Positions 46,860-56,803 of a DNA stretch of 64,000 nt are shown piece by piece. This DNA comes from Thermotogota bacterium (GTDB lineage Bacteria > Thermotogota > Thermotogae > Petrotogales > Petrotogaceae). Where the stretch lies: the NCBI GenBank assembly GCA_051748045.1, contig JBNJGY010000003.1, positions 1 to 64,000 of the forward strand. Direction: 5' to 3'. Under the pieces are notes generated by a model, which was not told the origin of the DNA, did not search any database, and worked only from the letters and a program-made list of their open reading frames with translations. The translations under genes were made by a program, and so were the position numbers. Position 1 is the first letter of the stretch; every line of letters starts with the position of its first letter.

Positions 46860-47217
46860 TATCTCCCAACATTTCTTTTACTGTGTCAACCAATAATTTA
46901 GGACTGAAAGGTTTTGTTAACACTCTTTTAGCTCCTAAGCTGATGGCTGTTTCTTCATCTGATTCTCCACCCTTTGCGGTTAGTACAACAACTGGTTTTG
47001 AATATTCTTTACTTTTTAATTCTTTTAAAACAGTAAAACCATCCATTACAGGCATCATAATATCTAAAAAAATCATATCTGGATTTTCATTTTCAACAGT
47101 TTCTAATCCTTCCTTACCATTAACAGCTTCTAAAACTTCATAGCCAGCTGCTTTTAGGTTGAAAGTTATAATTCTTCTTAAAATATTTGAGTCATCAACA
47201 ACTAATATTTTTTTCAT
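46849..47217 (-). CDS. Single-domain response regulator (resembles T. maritima RR468)
   Basis: [24 protein letters not shown] and KPFSP motifs; start reassigned to ATG 47217 behind GGAGG. Confidence 0.93.
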   Translation of the reverse strand: MKKILVVDDSNILRRIITFNLKAAGYEVLEAVNGKEGLETVENENPDMIFLDIMMPVMDGFTVLKELKSKEYSKPVVVLTAKGGESDEETAISLGAKRVLTKPFSPKLLVDTVKEMLGDNDG

Positions 47218-47221
47218 AAAA

Positions 47222-47797
47222 TTACCTCCAATGAATTTCATCACATATTGGATAAAAAATAAATTTTTCAGGTTCTACATCTCTAAAAATTTTATAAATA
47301 TTAAATATCATATCATATGGCTGATAGTATTTTAACATATAAATATTTTTATAATTTCTCTTTAGTTTTAAATTTTTAAAAATTATTTTTTTATTATATT
47401 CTGATTTACCTTTTATAATTTTATTAGTATTTTTAAAAATATCAAATAAATTTTCAGAAAGATAAACTTTGAAATCAAAACCCTCTATTGATTTAGATAA
47501 TTTGAAATTATCATTAACTCTTCTAGAATAAGTTAGTTTTAATCCTTTTGGAGTAAAATCATTGAAACTTGAAAAGTCAAAACTATCTAAAGTATCTACA
47601 GTTAAAAGAAAATTTCTGTTTATATATCCGAAAGGTATAGGATTAGAGAATGAAAAAAGAGGTTTAGGATTAAATCCTTTAGAAAATTCAAAGGGAACAT
47701 TATTCCTTCTTAAAGATTCTTCAATAATTAAAGTTGTATCAAGATGTCCATTATAGATTAATTTACTAAATTTTTTAAAATTTAAAAGATATCTCAT
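47222..47797 (-). CDS. DUF2344 / radical SAM-linked protein family
   Basis: GHLD, SLRR and [19 protein letters not shown] motifs. Confidence 0.8.
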   Translation of the reverse strand: MRYLLNFKKFSKLIYNGHLDTTLIIEESLRRNNVPFEFSKGFNPKPLFSFSNPIPFGYINRNFLLTVDTLDSFDFSSFNDFTPKGLKLTYSRRVNDNFKLSKSIEGFDFKVYLSENLFDIFKNTNKIIKGKSEYNKKIIFKNLKLKRNYKNIYMLKYYQPYDMIFNIYKIFRDVEPEKFIFYPICDEIHWR

Positions 47798-47906
47798 TCG
47801 AACCTCCGTAATATTTTAATATAATATATATTAACTTAAATATGTATTATACAATTAAATAATATATTATCTTTATCTAACATTTGATATTTTTTAAAAA
47901 CATATA

Positions 47907-47915
47907 TGATATAAT
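47907..47915 (+). promoter_or_regulatory. Extended -10 promoter for the PBP operon
   Basis: TGaTATAAT about 30 nt upstream of the ATG; AGGAGG RBS. Confidence 0.55.
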
Positions 47916-47946
47916 TTTTTTGAATAATGATTCAGGAGGATATTAA

Positions 47947-50040
47947 ATGAAAAGCTTTTTATTAGGATTTATATTAACTTTATCAGTTTTGATGGTGATA
48001 TTTTTTTATTCTAAAGATTTTTATGAAAATACATCTTCTATTTTCTTAGTAAATTCAAACTATAATACATATTTATTTGATGATGGAGATATGATTCTCC
48101 CCACAAAATATCAATATGAAACATTAGAGAACATACCAAATGATTTACTTTACTTGTTATTGTGGAGTGAAGATAGAGATTTTTATAAACATAATGGTAT
48201 CAATCCAAAAACAATGATTAGAGCTATGGTTATCAATTTACAGAATTTTGATATATCTCAAGGTGGTTCAACATTAACTCAACAATTAGCAAAAACTTTA
48301 TATCTAACCTACGAAAGAACTATGAAAAGAAAAATATTAGATGTTATGTTGGCTTTTTTTATAGAAAAGAGTTATACAAAAGATGAAATTTTAGAAGCTT
48401 ATGTTAATAGTGTCTATTTAGGGAATGATATTTCTGGTTTTGGTGCTGCTGCAAGAAGGTATTTTGAAAAAGATTTAACAGAATTAACAATTTATGAAAA
48501 AGCTTTATTAGTTGGGATAATTAATTCTCCGGAATATTCGAACCCTTATAAATACCCACAAGATGCAAAAAAAGAGGCTAGAATTCTTTTAGATTCTTTA
48601 AATGAAGAAAATCCAGTTTTTGAAAAGAACTCTGATTTTAATAAAGATATTGAGGGGATAGACATATATCCTCTAAATTATAATGAAAAATATTTAGATA
48701 TGATTTATTCAGTAAAAGAAAAAGAAGAGGAGTTGAATTTAAAAGGTGGAGGTTATACAATTAAGACAACTTTCAACAGAGATCTTTTTAATTCAATAAG
48801 CCCAAATTCAAGCCAAACAGCTATTGTAATTAATAACAAGACTGGGAAAATTAAAAGCTTTTGGGGAGGGGAATATTCAGTATATCAATCAGAAAAACAA
48901 ATAGGATCTAGTGTTAAACCTTTTTATTATTCTTTGGCATTAAATAAAGGATTTAATTTAAATACGGTCTTACCTGATAAAAAAATGAGTTTCAGTGGTT
49001 GGGAGCCAGAAAATTATGACAAACAATATAGAGGTGAGGTAGAATTAAGTCAAGCTTTAATAAATTCAATAAATATACCATCTATTTACTTAGCTTCACA
49101 CATAGAAAACTCACCAACTAAATCTGTAGATAAGATAAAAGATTTTTTACAAAATGAAATAAAAATGCAAGCAGATTATCCAAATGATTTGACAATAGCT
49201 TTAGGAACTTTAGAAACTAACCCTTATAATATGGTTAGAGCTATTAATATTTTTCCGAACTATGGTATTATTCCTGAATTATACTCTATTGAAGAAATAT
49301 ATGATAGAAAAGGGAATTTAATTTATAAAAATTATCCAGATGTACAAAATAGAATTCAAAATATATCAATAGATACTTATTCTGCTATGAATCAGCTTTT
49401 AAGAAAAGTTGTTACTGAAGGGTCCGCACAAAGAGCAAATATAGACGGCTTAGATTTACACGGAAAAACAGGATCTCCAGAATTATCTGCCTGGTTCACT
49501 GGGTATACTGGAAACAAAAGTATATCTGTGAGAATTGATGGAGAAGATTTATTGTCTTCAACATCATCTGTACCATTCGCCAGATTAATTGCAGAGAATT
49601 TTATATATACAGGTTATAATGTTGAGGTTCCGACTTATGTTAATACGTCGAATATAGAACAAAAAGCTGATTTTTTCAGTGAACCAATAATTTTTTTAAG
49701 TAAAGGATATGATTTTGAAGATTATCTAGAAAGAAAAAAATTCCAAGAAGATTCTGAGGTTTTAAAAGAAAAAATTGAAAATGTTATCGATGATCTTGAA
49801 TATATTTATCCTGATATTTCTAAACAATTAAAAGATTGGATAAGTTTAAACTTAGTTGATTTTTTAGACGCTCCTTATTCTTTCATTCAAAATAATTACA
49901 ACTTGGAGAATTATCTTGAAAATCTTGTTCTAAATCCAGAGACTGTAAATAAATTAAAAGAGTTAGCAAATGAATTGAGTTACGTTTATCCATATGAATC
50001 TCAAAAAATAAAAGAATTTTTAAGAGAGAAGGGTTATTGA
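47947..50040 (+). CDS. Class A penicillin-binding protein (transglycosylase/transpeptidase) with a C-terminal two-copy repeat
   Basis: EDRDFYKHNG, QGGSTLTQQLAK, SSVK (SxxK), SIN (SxN) and KTG motifs; N-terminal TM helix. Confidence 0.93.
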   Translation: MKSFLLGFILTLSVLMVIFFYSKDFYENTSSIFLVNSNYNTYLFDDGDMILPTKYQYETLENIPNDLLYLLLWSEDRDFYKHNGINPKTMIRAMVINLQNFDISQGGSTLTQQLAKTLYLTYERTMKRKILDVMLAFFIEKSYTKDEILEAYVNSVYLGNDISGFGAAARRYFEKDLTELTIYEKALLVGIINSPEYSNPYKYPQDAKKEARILLDSLNEENPVFEKNSDFNKDIEGIDIYPLNYNEKYLDMIYSVKEKEEELNLKGGGYTIKTTFNRDLFNSISPNSSQTAIVINNKTGKIKSFWGGEYSVYQSEKQIGSSVKPFYYSLALNKGFNLNTVLPDKKMSFSGWEPENYDKQYRGEVELSQALINSINIPSIYLASHIENSPTKSVDKIKDFLQNEIKMQADYPNDLTIALGTLETNPYNMVRAINIFPNYGIIPELYSIEEIYDRKGNLIYKNYPDVQNRIQNISIDTYSAMNQLLRKVVTEGSAQRANIDGLDLHGKTGSPELSAWFTGYTGNKSISVRIDGEDLLSSTSSVPFARLIAENFIYTGYNVEVPTYVNTSNIEQKADFFSEPIIFLSKGYDFEDYLERKKFQEDSEVLKEKIENVIDDLEYIYPDISKQLKDWISLNLVDFLDAPYSFIQNNYNLENYLENLVLNPETVNKLKELANELSYVYPYESQKIKEFLREKGY

Positions 50041-50834
50041 TGATTGAACTCAAAAAAAATGAAATATTAATTGAAAAAGATGAAATTCCCAAGAAATTCT
50101 ATTATATTGTTGAAGGTGAAATTGAGCATAATAGAAAAACCCTTGGTAAAGACAATTTTCTAGCTTTGATTCATTTCATAACTCAAACTAAAGTTTCCGA
50201 AAGATATAAAGTAAAGAAAAATTCTAAACTAATTGAATTTAAAGATATAGACCAAATAACAGAGGATATATTACCATCTTTTTTGAAATATATCTCAAGG
50301 TATTCAAATAATATAATATTTAAAAATACTTTAAACAAAAGGTTCTCTGTAAATGAATTGGTAAATAATAAAGAAAATTTCATAAAAGGTGATACCCTTG
50401 ATTTGGATTTTTCTAATGATGAAGAGCTAAATGAGTTATTAAACACTTTTGATTACTTCATGAATGAAAAAGATTCAGAAATAAAACTTCCTGAGAATTT
50501 TGAAGATTATAAAAAAGAATTAAAAGATTCAATAATAGAATTAAATATATCAAAATTTATCAATTATTGTAAAAAAGGGTTGTATAATTATGAAGAAGAA
50601 TGGGATGATTTTTTAGATGAACTAATAGATCTCGCCATAACTATAAATGATAGAGCTCTAGTTTTGTATTTATTGTATATATCAGGAATGAAAATGGCTG
50701 ATTATAATAAAATTAACGATCTTATTAAAAAGAATTGGGAATTTTTAAGGTTTAATAATAACAATATTTGGATTGATTATGCCATGAGATTTGTAAATAA
50801 CCAACTTCTTTTTGAAGAGGTGTTAAAAAAATGA
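50040..50834 (+). CDS. Hypothetical protein with a degenerate N-terminal cNMP-binding-like domain
   Basis: LKKNEILIEKDEIPKKFYYIVEGEI...LGKDNF pattern; start overlaps the PBP stop. Confidence 0.6.
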   Translation: MIELKKNEILIEKDEIPKKFYYIVEGEIEHNRKTLGKDNFLALIHFITQTKVSERYKVKKNSKLIEFKDIDQITEDILPSFLKYISRYSNNIIFKNTLNKRFSVNELVNNKENFIKGDTLDLDFSNDEELNELLNTFDYFMNEKDSEIKLPENFEDYKKELKDSIIELNISKFINYCKKGLYNYEEEWDDFLDELIDLAITINDRALVLYLLYISGMKMADYNKINDLIKKNWEFLRFNNNNIWIDYAMRFVNNQLLFEEVLKK

Positions 50835-51310
50835 ATTATCCACATTTAAAAAATTTTGCTGCAAAAAATAATGGGGTATATTATTTAAAAAATGGAATAG
50901 TTGCATCAATTACTTATTCTAAGAAAAAACCTTTTTTGGTACATATATTCACTCCAGGAGATTTTGTTGGGGTAGATAAATTTCAAGAAGGGGTTGGTGT
51001 TTTAGATTATTTCATATTAACAGAATGTGATTATGAAATAGTAAATGATGAAGAACTGACAAACGAAAAATATAAACAATCTTTTATGGATTTTCTAAAA
51101 ACATTTCTTCATGAAATAACTGCTTACAGATCAGAAACATATGATAAAATTTTAGAATATAATTTGAATAAAATATCAAGATTCTCAAATGAAATTGAAG
51201 GGTTGCCTCTTGCATTTGTTAAAGAAATGGGAATCAAAGCAGATCTTGATAAATTATTAGAAAATAAGAAAGTTATACTTGAAAATGAAGAATATAAAAT
51301 AATAAAATAA
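50831..51310 (+). CDS. Degenerate Crp/Fnr-like protein
   Basis: VYYLKNGIV...IFTPGDFVG...ILTECD pattern and a Crp-like tail LDKLLENKKVILENEEYKII; ATGA overlap. Confidence 0.55.
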   Translation: MNYPHLKNFAAKNNGVYYLKNGIVASITYSKKKPFLVHIFTPGDFVGVDKFQEGVGVLDYFILTECDYEIVNDEELTNEKYKQSFMDFLKTFLHEITAYRSETYDKILEYNLNKISRFSNEIEGLPLAFVKEMGIKADLDKLLENKKVILENEEYKIIK

Positions 51311-51348
51311 AAAAGTAACATCCAATTAATCAAAAAAATCAGTAAGAA

Positions 51349-51414
51349 TGATAAAATACTGAAATGGATTAGGGTGTTAAAGCTTTGTTTTTTCAATCAA
51401 GGTACCTATAATCC
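51349..51414 (+). promoter_or_regulatory. rplU promoter (extended -10) and structured 5' leader
   Basis: TGaTAAAAT at 51349-51357; GGATTA-GGGTG...TACCT-A-TAATCC stem at 51366-51414. Confidence 0.55.
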
Positions 51415-51446
51415 GGGCTTTTTATTTCAAAACAGGAGGTGACATT

Positions 51447-51761
51447 ATGTACGCTATCATTGATTTTGGTGGAAGACAATACAAAGTAGAAGAAGGCCAA
51501 TCGTTATTAACAGAAAAAATCAAAGGAATAGAACCAGGCACAGACTATGAATTTGATAAAGTAATTCTTGTTAAAAATGATTCAGAAGCAAAAGTTGGAA
51601 AGCCTTACGTTGAAGGGGCAAAAGTTATTGCTGAAATTGTGGAACATGGGAAAGATAGAAAACTTAAAATAATTAAGTTTAAAGGAAGAAAACAGTATAG
51701 AAGAATCAAAGGCCACAGACAGCAATATACAGAAGTAAAAATTAAGAAAATAGACTTGTAA
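51447..51761 (+). CDS. rplU: 50S ribosomal protein L21
   Basis: [25 protein letters not shown] and GHRQQYT motifs. Confidence 0.98.
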   Translation: MYAIIDFGGRQYKVEEGQSLLTEKIKGIEPGTDYEFDKVILVKNDSEAKVGKPYVEGAKVIAEIVEHGKDRKLKIIKFKGRKQYRRIKGHRQQYTEVKIKKIDL

Positions 51762-51762
51762 T

Positions 51763-52053
51763 ATGGTTAAAGTTTCTTTCTATCAAAACGAAGTTATTTT
51801 AAAAGGGCATGCTATGCATGGTGAATATGGTCAAGATATAGTTTGTTCTGCAATAAGCTCTATTTCTCAATTTACAGCAGAATTTTTAAAGAGAGAAAAA
51901 ATTGGTCAATATAACAAAAAAAATGGATATTTAAGAATAAAATATTCTGAAACAGATTTGGCTTTAAAAATTATAGAGCATTTGAAAGAAGCAATTATCA
52001 GTATTGAAAAAGATTATCCTGGAAATGTTAAGGTGGAGGTGAAAAACAAATGA
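51763..52053 (+). CDS. prp: Ribosomal-processing cysteine protease Prp
   Basis: GHA...[10 protein letters not shown] catalytic motifs; lies between rplU and rpmA. Confidence 0.92.
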   Translation: MVKVSFYQNEVILKGHAMHGEYGQDIVCSAISSISQFTAEFLKREKIGQYNKKNGYLRIKYSETDLALKIIEHLKEAIISIEKDYPGNVKVEVKNK

Positions 52054-52316
52054 AATTAGATCTTCAACTCTTTGCTAAGAAAAGCGGATCAGATCAAAAC
52101 AAACACGATAGTAATCCTAAATATTTAGGTATAAAAGCAGGAGAAGGTAAAGTTGTTACTGCTGGAACAATAATAATGAGACAAAGAGGAACTAAAATCC
52201 ATCCAGGCTCAAATGTAGGACTAGGAAGAGACTTTACATTGTTTGCTAAAAAAGATGGTGTAGTAAGATTTACAACAAAAAATAACAGAAAATACGCAAA
52301 CATTAACGAAGAATAA
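52050..52316 (+). CDS. rpmA: 50S ribosomal protein L27 with Prp-cleaved N-terminal extension
   Basis: MKLDLQLF|A extension, [10 protein letters not shown] and GRDFTLFA motifs. Confidence 0.97.
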   Translation: MKLDLQLFAKKSGSDQNKHDSNPKYLGIKAGEGKVVTAGTIIMRQRGTKIHPGSNVGLGRDFTLFAKKDGVVRFTTKNNRKYANINEE

Positions 52317-52852
52317 TGAAAGCTAAAAGAATTGCTATCTCAGGAATTTTTGGTGTTATAGCGTTTTTAATCACTTTTATAGAATTTCCTATTTTCCCAG
52401 TTTTGCCTTTTTTAAAGTTTGACGCAAGTGATTCCATAATAATATTTTCAAATATGGTTTATGGCTTTGTTCCTTCCTTATTAACTTTAATTGTTAAAAG
52501 TTTTCTATTTTTATTTAAAAGTGGAGACGGAGGGCCAATAGGAATACTAATGAACTTTATATCAGGCTTTGTTTTTTTGGGAGTTTTTCAATTGATTAAA
52601 AACAAAATAAATATTTTTATATCTTATTTTATTGCTTCTGCTTTTGTAGGTTTAGCTATGTATTTAGCGAATTATTATATGGCTATTCCAATATATACAA
52701 ATTCAAACACACCAGATTTTATTAATTCGCTGGGATTAACTATCACTCAATTTTTCATATTAATATTATTATTTAATTTGATAAAATTTATGGTAGACTC
52801 GGTAATAGCATATTTTTTCGATAAAAAATTAGAAAAACACTTAAATCCATGA
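52316..52852 (+). CDS. ribU: ECF transporter S component, RibU (riboflavin)-like
   Basis: EFPIFPVLPFLKFDASD, GPIG.LMNF, NYY.AIP.Y and FNLIK motifs. Confidence 0.75.
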   Translation: MKAKRIAISGIFGVIAFLITFIEFPIFPVLPFLKFDASDSIIIFSNMVYGFVPSLLTLIVKSFLFLFKSGDGGPIGILMNFISGFVFLGVFQLIKNKINIFISYFIASAFVGLAMYLANYYMAIPIYTNSNTPDFINSLGLTITQFFILILLFNLIKFMVDSVIAYFFDKKLEKHLNP

Positions 52853-52866
52853 AAGGAGGATAAGAA

Positions 52867-53316
52867 ATGAATTCAAAAATGATTCAAAAATCATATATGG
52901 CTAATCAAGAAGATTCCAAGAACAAAAAATGGTTTATTATTGATGCTGAAGGAAAAACATTGGGTAGATTAGCTGGTCAAATTGCAAAAGTTTTACAAGG
53001 AAAACATAAACCTACATATACTCCTCACATAGATATGGGAGATTTTGTAGTTGTTATAAATGCAGAAAAAGTTGCACTTACAGGAAGAAAAATGGAACAA
53101 AAAACATATTTCAGACATACAGGCTACCCAGGCGGAGGAAGAACATCTCATATAAAAGATGTTATGGAAAAACATCCTGAAAGAGTTATCGAACACGCCG
53201 TAAAAGGAATGTTACCTAAATCAATATTAGGTAAAAGAATGATTAAAAAATTAAAGGTTTATGCTGGTGTAAAACATCCACATGAAGCACAAAAACCTGA
53301 AAATCTAGAATTATAG
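52867..53316 (+). CDS. rplM: 50S ribosomal protein L13
   Basis: [18 protein letters not shown] and HTGYPGG motifs. Confidence 0.98.
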   Translation: MNSKMIQKSYMANQEDSKNKKWFIIDAEGKTLGRLAGQIAKVLQGKHKPTYTPHIDMGDFVVVINAEKVALTGRKMEQKTYFRHTGYPGGGRTSHIKDVMEKHPERVIEHAVKGMLPKSILGKRMIKKLKVYAGVKHPHEAQKPENLEL

Positions 53317-53329
53317 GAGGGTAGTTTAA

Positions 53330-53737
53330 ATGGCTGAATTTGTTGATTACTATGGAACTGGTAGAAGAAAAACATCTGTTGCTAGAGTTCACTTAAGACC
53401 TGGTACAGGTAAAATAAAAGTTAATGGTAAAGATTTCGATAATTTTGTTGATTACTTCAATGGAAATAAAGTTTGGGCTCAACATGCTCATGAACCAATT
53501 TTAACAGCACAATCAGAAGACAAATTTGATTTTGTTATTAGAATTCATGGTGGAGGATACAATGGACAAGCAGGAGCAGTTAGATTAGGTATTGCAAGAG
53601 CCTTATTGGAATATGACCCTGAATTAAGATCAGAACTTAAAAAAGAAGGTATGCTAACAAGAGACCCAAGAAAAGTAGAAAGAAAGAAATATGGTCTTAG
53701 AAAAGCTAGAAAGCATGCACAATTCTCAAAAAGATAA
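53330..53737 (+). CDS. rpsI: 30S ribosomal protein S9
   Basis: GTGRRKTSVARV, LTRDPR.VERKK and QFSKR motifs. Confidence 0.98.
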   Translation: MAEFVDYYGTGRRKTSVARVHLRPGTGKIKVNGKDFDNFVDYFNGNKVWAQHAHEPILTAQSEDKFDFVIRIHGGGYNGQAGAVRLGIARALLEYDPELRSELKKEGMLTRDPRKVERKKYGLRKARKHAQFSKR

Positions 53738-53752
53738 TTTACTTTTTTATAC

Positions 53753-53782
53753 AAAAACGGCTCATATGGGCCGTTTTTTTTT
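53753..53782 (+). terminator. Terminator after rpsI
   Basis: AAAAACGGCTC-ATAT-GGGCCGTTTTTTTTT. Confidence 0.85.
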
Positions 53783-53801
53783 CTAAAGTTGGTGAAAAAC
53801 A

Positions 53802-55544
53802 ATGTCAGATAAATACACAAATTTCAAAGAAATAACTCAAAAAATAAAAGATAACACAAATATTGAAGATGTTCTGTCTTCATATATAAATGTAAAAAAA
53901 GCAGGTAAAAATTACACAGCTTTATGTCCATTTCATGCTGAAGATACACCTTCTTTTTATATTTTTCCTGAAACACAAACCTACCATTGTTTCGGGTGTA
54001 ATGCTCATGGAGATGTCATAAACTTTATAAAAGAATATGAAAACATGAGTTTTATAGAAGCATTAAAAAAAGCAGCTTCTATAGCAGGAATAAAACTAGA
54101 TTTAGATATTAAAAGCAAACCCAAAGAAATAGAATTAAATGAATTATATTCTAAAATGACAAATGAAAAACTCTTGACTTTAAGAAAAGATCATAAAGTT
54201 TGGAAATTTCTAAAAGATAGAGAAATTTCAGAAAGTACAGTTAGAGAATTTGAGTTAGGTTATTCTTCAGGAAAAGAAGTTGAAAAAGCATTAGATGAAA
54301 GTTTATTTGAAGAAAAAATGGCAGAAGATATTGGTTTATTTAATAATAAAAGAGAATTTTTTTATAATAGATTAATTATACCTATAAAAGATGGAAAAGG
54401 CCAAATTGTTGGTTTTGCTGGAAGGGCTATTGATCAAGCTACTAAACCAAAATATGTAAACACTAAAGAAAATAAGTTTTTTAAAAAATCTAAAATAATG
54501 TATTTATTTGATAAATCAAAAAAATACATTCAAGAAAACGATATGGTAATTATAACTGAAGGTTTTTTTGATGCTATAGCTATGCATAATTCTGGTTATA
54601 AAAATACCATTGCTGTTCTTGGTTCTTCTCTAACAAAAGATCATGCATTTGAATTAATGAAGAAAACTAATAAAGTCATAACAATGTTTGATATGGATTC
54701 AGCAGGTGAAAAAGCTACCTTGTCAGCTATTGAAACTTTATTTCCAAAAAATTTTCAAATAGCTGTTGCTAACTATGAAGCGAAAGATCCAGATGAATTG
54801 ATTCAAAAAACAGGTAAAAAAAATCTCGCTGAAACATTAAAAAAATCATATAAATTTCATGAATATATAATTGATATTAAGAAAAAACATTATGATCTTG
54901 AAAATGAATTTGCAATGGAACAATATTTAAAAGAAATGGCGAAATGGTATAAAAAATTTCAAGTTTATAAAAGATATGAAATAATGGACTCTTTTGTAAA
55001 TAAACTATCAAAAGATTTTTTAAAAGACAAAGATTTAATAGAGAAAATATTACGAGAACATTCAAAAAGATTAAAAGATAGCAAGGTAATCATAAAAGAA
55101 AATACACATAATCCTCAAAATGTTGAAAAACAAATAAGATATGATTTAGGTAAGTCATTTATATATTTATGGCTAAAATACCCTGAATATAGAGAAAAAA
55201 TCATGGAAATTGCTGATGAAGAACTTCCAGAAAACCCATTAAGAGAATTTATAGTTTTGTTAAGAGAAGGGAAAAAACTTCCTGAAATTCTTGAGGCTTC
55301 GTCAGATGACTTATCAGAAATTGTTTCAGAAATATGGAAGGTTGATTATTCTTTCAATCCTGAAAGAATAATGTTTGAATTGGAAAAAACATTCAATAAA
55401 ATAAAAACAAACAGAGAGATTGAAAAGTTAAAATCACAGTTAAAAGATGAAGATGATTTTAAAAAACGTGCTGAACTGACGAGAGAAATAATAAAATTGT
55501 ATTCAAAAATAAAGAATAACGGAGGTAATAATCCACATGGCTAA
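53802..55544 (+). CDS. dnaG: DNA primase
   Basis: CPFH...CFGC zinc finger, GFAGR, PKYVN, TOPRIM EGFFD and DMDSAG motifs. Confidence 0.97.
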   Translation: MSDKYTNFKEITQKIKDNTNIEDVLSSYINVKKAGKNYTALCPFHAEDTPSFYIFPETQTYHCFGCNAHGDVINFIKEYENMSFIEALKKAASIAGIKLDLDIKSKPKEIELNELYSKMTNEKLLTLRKDHKVWKFLKDREISESTVREFELGYSSGKEVEKALDESLFEEKMAEDIGLFNNKREFFYNRLIIPIKDGKGQIVGFAGRAIDQATKPKYVNTKENKFFKKSKIMYLFDKSKKYIQENDMVIITEGFFDAIAMHNSGYKNTIAVLGSSLTKDHAFELMKKTNKVITMFDMDSAGEKATLSAIETLFPKNFQIAVANYEAKDPDELIQKTGKKNLAETLKKSYKFHEYIIDIKKKHYDLENEFAMEQYLKEMAKWYKKFQVYKRYEIMDSFVNKLSKDFLKDKDLIEKILREHSKRLKDSKVIIKENTHNPQNVEKQIRYDLGKSFIYLWLKYPEYREKIMEIADEELPENPLREFIVLLREGKKLPEILEASSDDLSEIVSEIWKVDYSFNPERIMFELEKTFNKIKTNREIEKLKSQLKDEDDFKKRAELTREIIKLYSKIKNNGGNNPHG

Positions 55545-56784
55545 AAGCAAGTTAAAACAACAAAAAGTTGACGATGCAATAAAAAAATTGGGGAATATTG
55601 AAATAGTAGATGATGACAAAGTAAAAATAAAAAGAAACAAAGAAAAATATACAAAAAAATTGTCAAAAATGCTACAAGATATTAGAAAAAAAGCAAAAGA
55701 AAACAACAAAAAGTTAACTTATGAAATGATAGATAAATACATACCCCAAGAGATGTCAGACCTTATTGATAGTGATTTTATTGAAAAGTTATATACAATT
55801 TTAGAAGAAGATGGAATAGAAATAATAGAAGAAGATAATATTGAAGAAGCTAAAGAAGAATTATCAAATGAAGATAGTGACGAAATAGTTAAAATATTTG
55901 GACATACATTTGAAATGTATGATAATATATCTTTAAATGACCCTATAAAAATATATTTAAAAGAAATAGGAAGAATAGGCCTTTTAACCCCAAGAAGAGA
56001 AAGATTAATTGCTCAAAGAGCCAATAAAGGAGATAGGAAATCTAGAGATTTATTAATAAAAGCAAATTTAAGACTTGTTATTAGTATTGCAAAAAGATAT
56101 ACTAATAGAGGATTGAGTTTTTTAGATCTTATCCAAGAAGGAAACATAGGGCTTATAAAAGCTGTTAATAAATTTGATTGGAAAAAAGGTTTTAAATTTT
56201 CAACATATGCAACATGGTGGATTAGACAGGCGATCACAAGAGCTATTGCAGATCAAGCAAGAACAATAAGAATACCTGTTCACATGGTAGAAACTATAAA
56301 TAGATTGAACAAAGTAATTAGAGAATATTTACAAGAAAATGGAGAATACCCTTCTAATGAAGAATTGTCAAAATTAATGGACAAGCCAGTGGAAAAAATA
56401 GATGAAATACTTATGGCTGCTAGAGAAACGATATCAGCTGATTCTCCTATTGGAGGCTCGGATGATGATGATACTTCTATAGGCGACTTTCTGGCGGATA
56501 ACAACGCTGACCAACCTGAAGAAGCAGCGGTAAAAATGATTTTAAGAGAAGAAATAGAAAAAATATTAGATACCTTACAACCTAAAGAAGCCACAGTTTT
56601 AAAAATGAGATATGGGTTATTAGATGGAAAAGTAAAAACACTCGAAGAAGTTGGTAAATTTTTCAATGTAACAAGAGAAAGAATTAGACAAATAGAAGTA
56701 AAAGCGTTGAGAAAACTAAGGCATCCGAGTAGAAGCACACAGTTGAAAGAACTAAGCAATATGTTAGGAAAGAAAATTCTTTGA
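55537..56784 (+). CDS. rpoD: RNA polymerase primary sigma factor
   Basis: [38 protein letters not shown] and TRERIRQIE motifs. Confidence 0.98.
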   Translation: MAKSKLKQQKVDDAIKKLGNIEIVDDDKVKIKRNKEKYTKKLSKMLQDIRKKAKENNKKLTYEMIDKYIPQEMSDLIDSDFIEKLYTILEEDGIEIIEEDNIEEAKEELSNEDSDEIVKIFGHTFEMYDNISLNDPIKIYLKEIGRIGLLTPRRERLIAQRANKGDRKSRDLLIKANLRLVISIAKRYTNRGLSFLDLIQEGNIGLIKAVNKFDWKKGFKFSTYATWWIRQAITRAIADQARTIRIPVHMVETINRLNKVIREYLQENGEYPSNEELSKLMDKPVEKIDEILMAARETISADSPIGGSDDDDTSIGDFLADNNADQPEEAAVKMILREEIEKILDTLQPKEATVLKMRYGLLDGKVKTLEEVGKFFNVTRERIRQIEVKALRKLRHPSRSTQLKELSNMLGKKIL

Positions 56785-56803
56785 AATAAAGGGGATCTTC
56801 TAA

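Noticed and set aside
56280..56759. 159-aa ORF antisense to rpoD, and the other short antisense ORFs in rpoB, rpoC, rplL, fusA and tuf
   Set aside because: Explained by the codon bias of the sense genes, which makes reverse-strand stops scarce; no independent coding signal.
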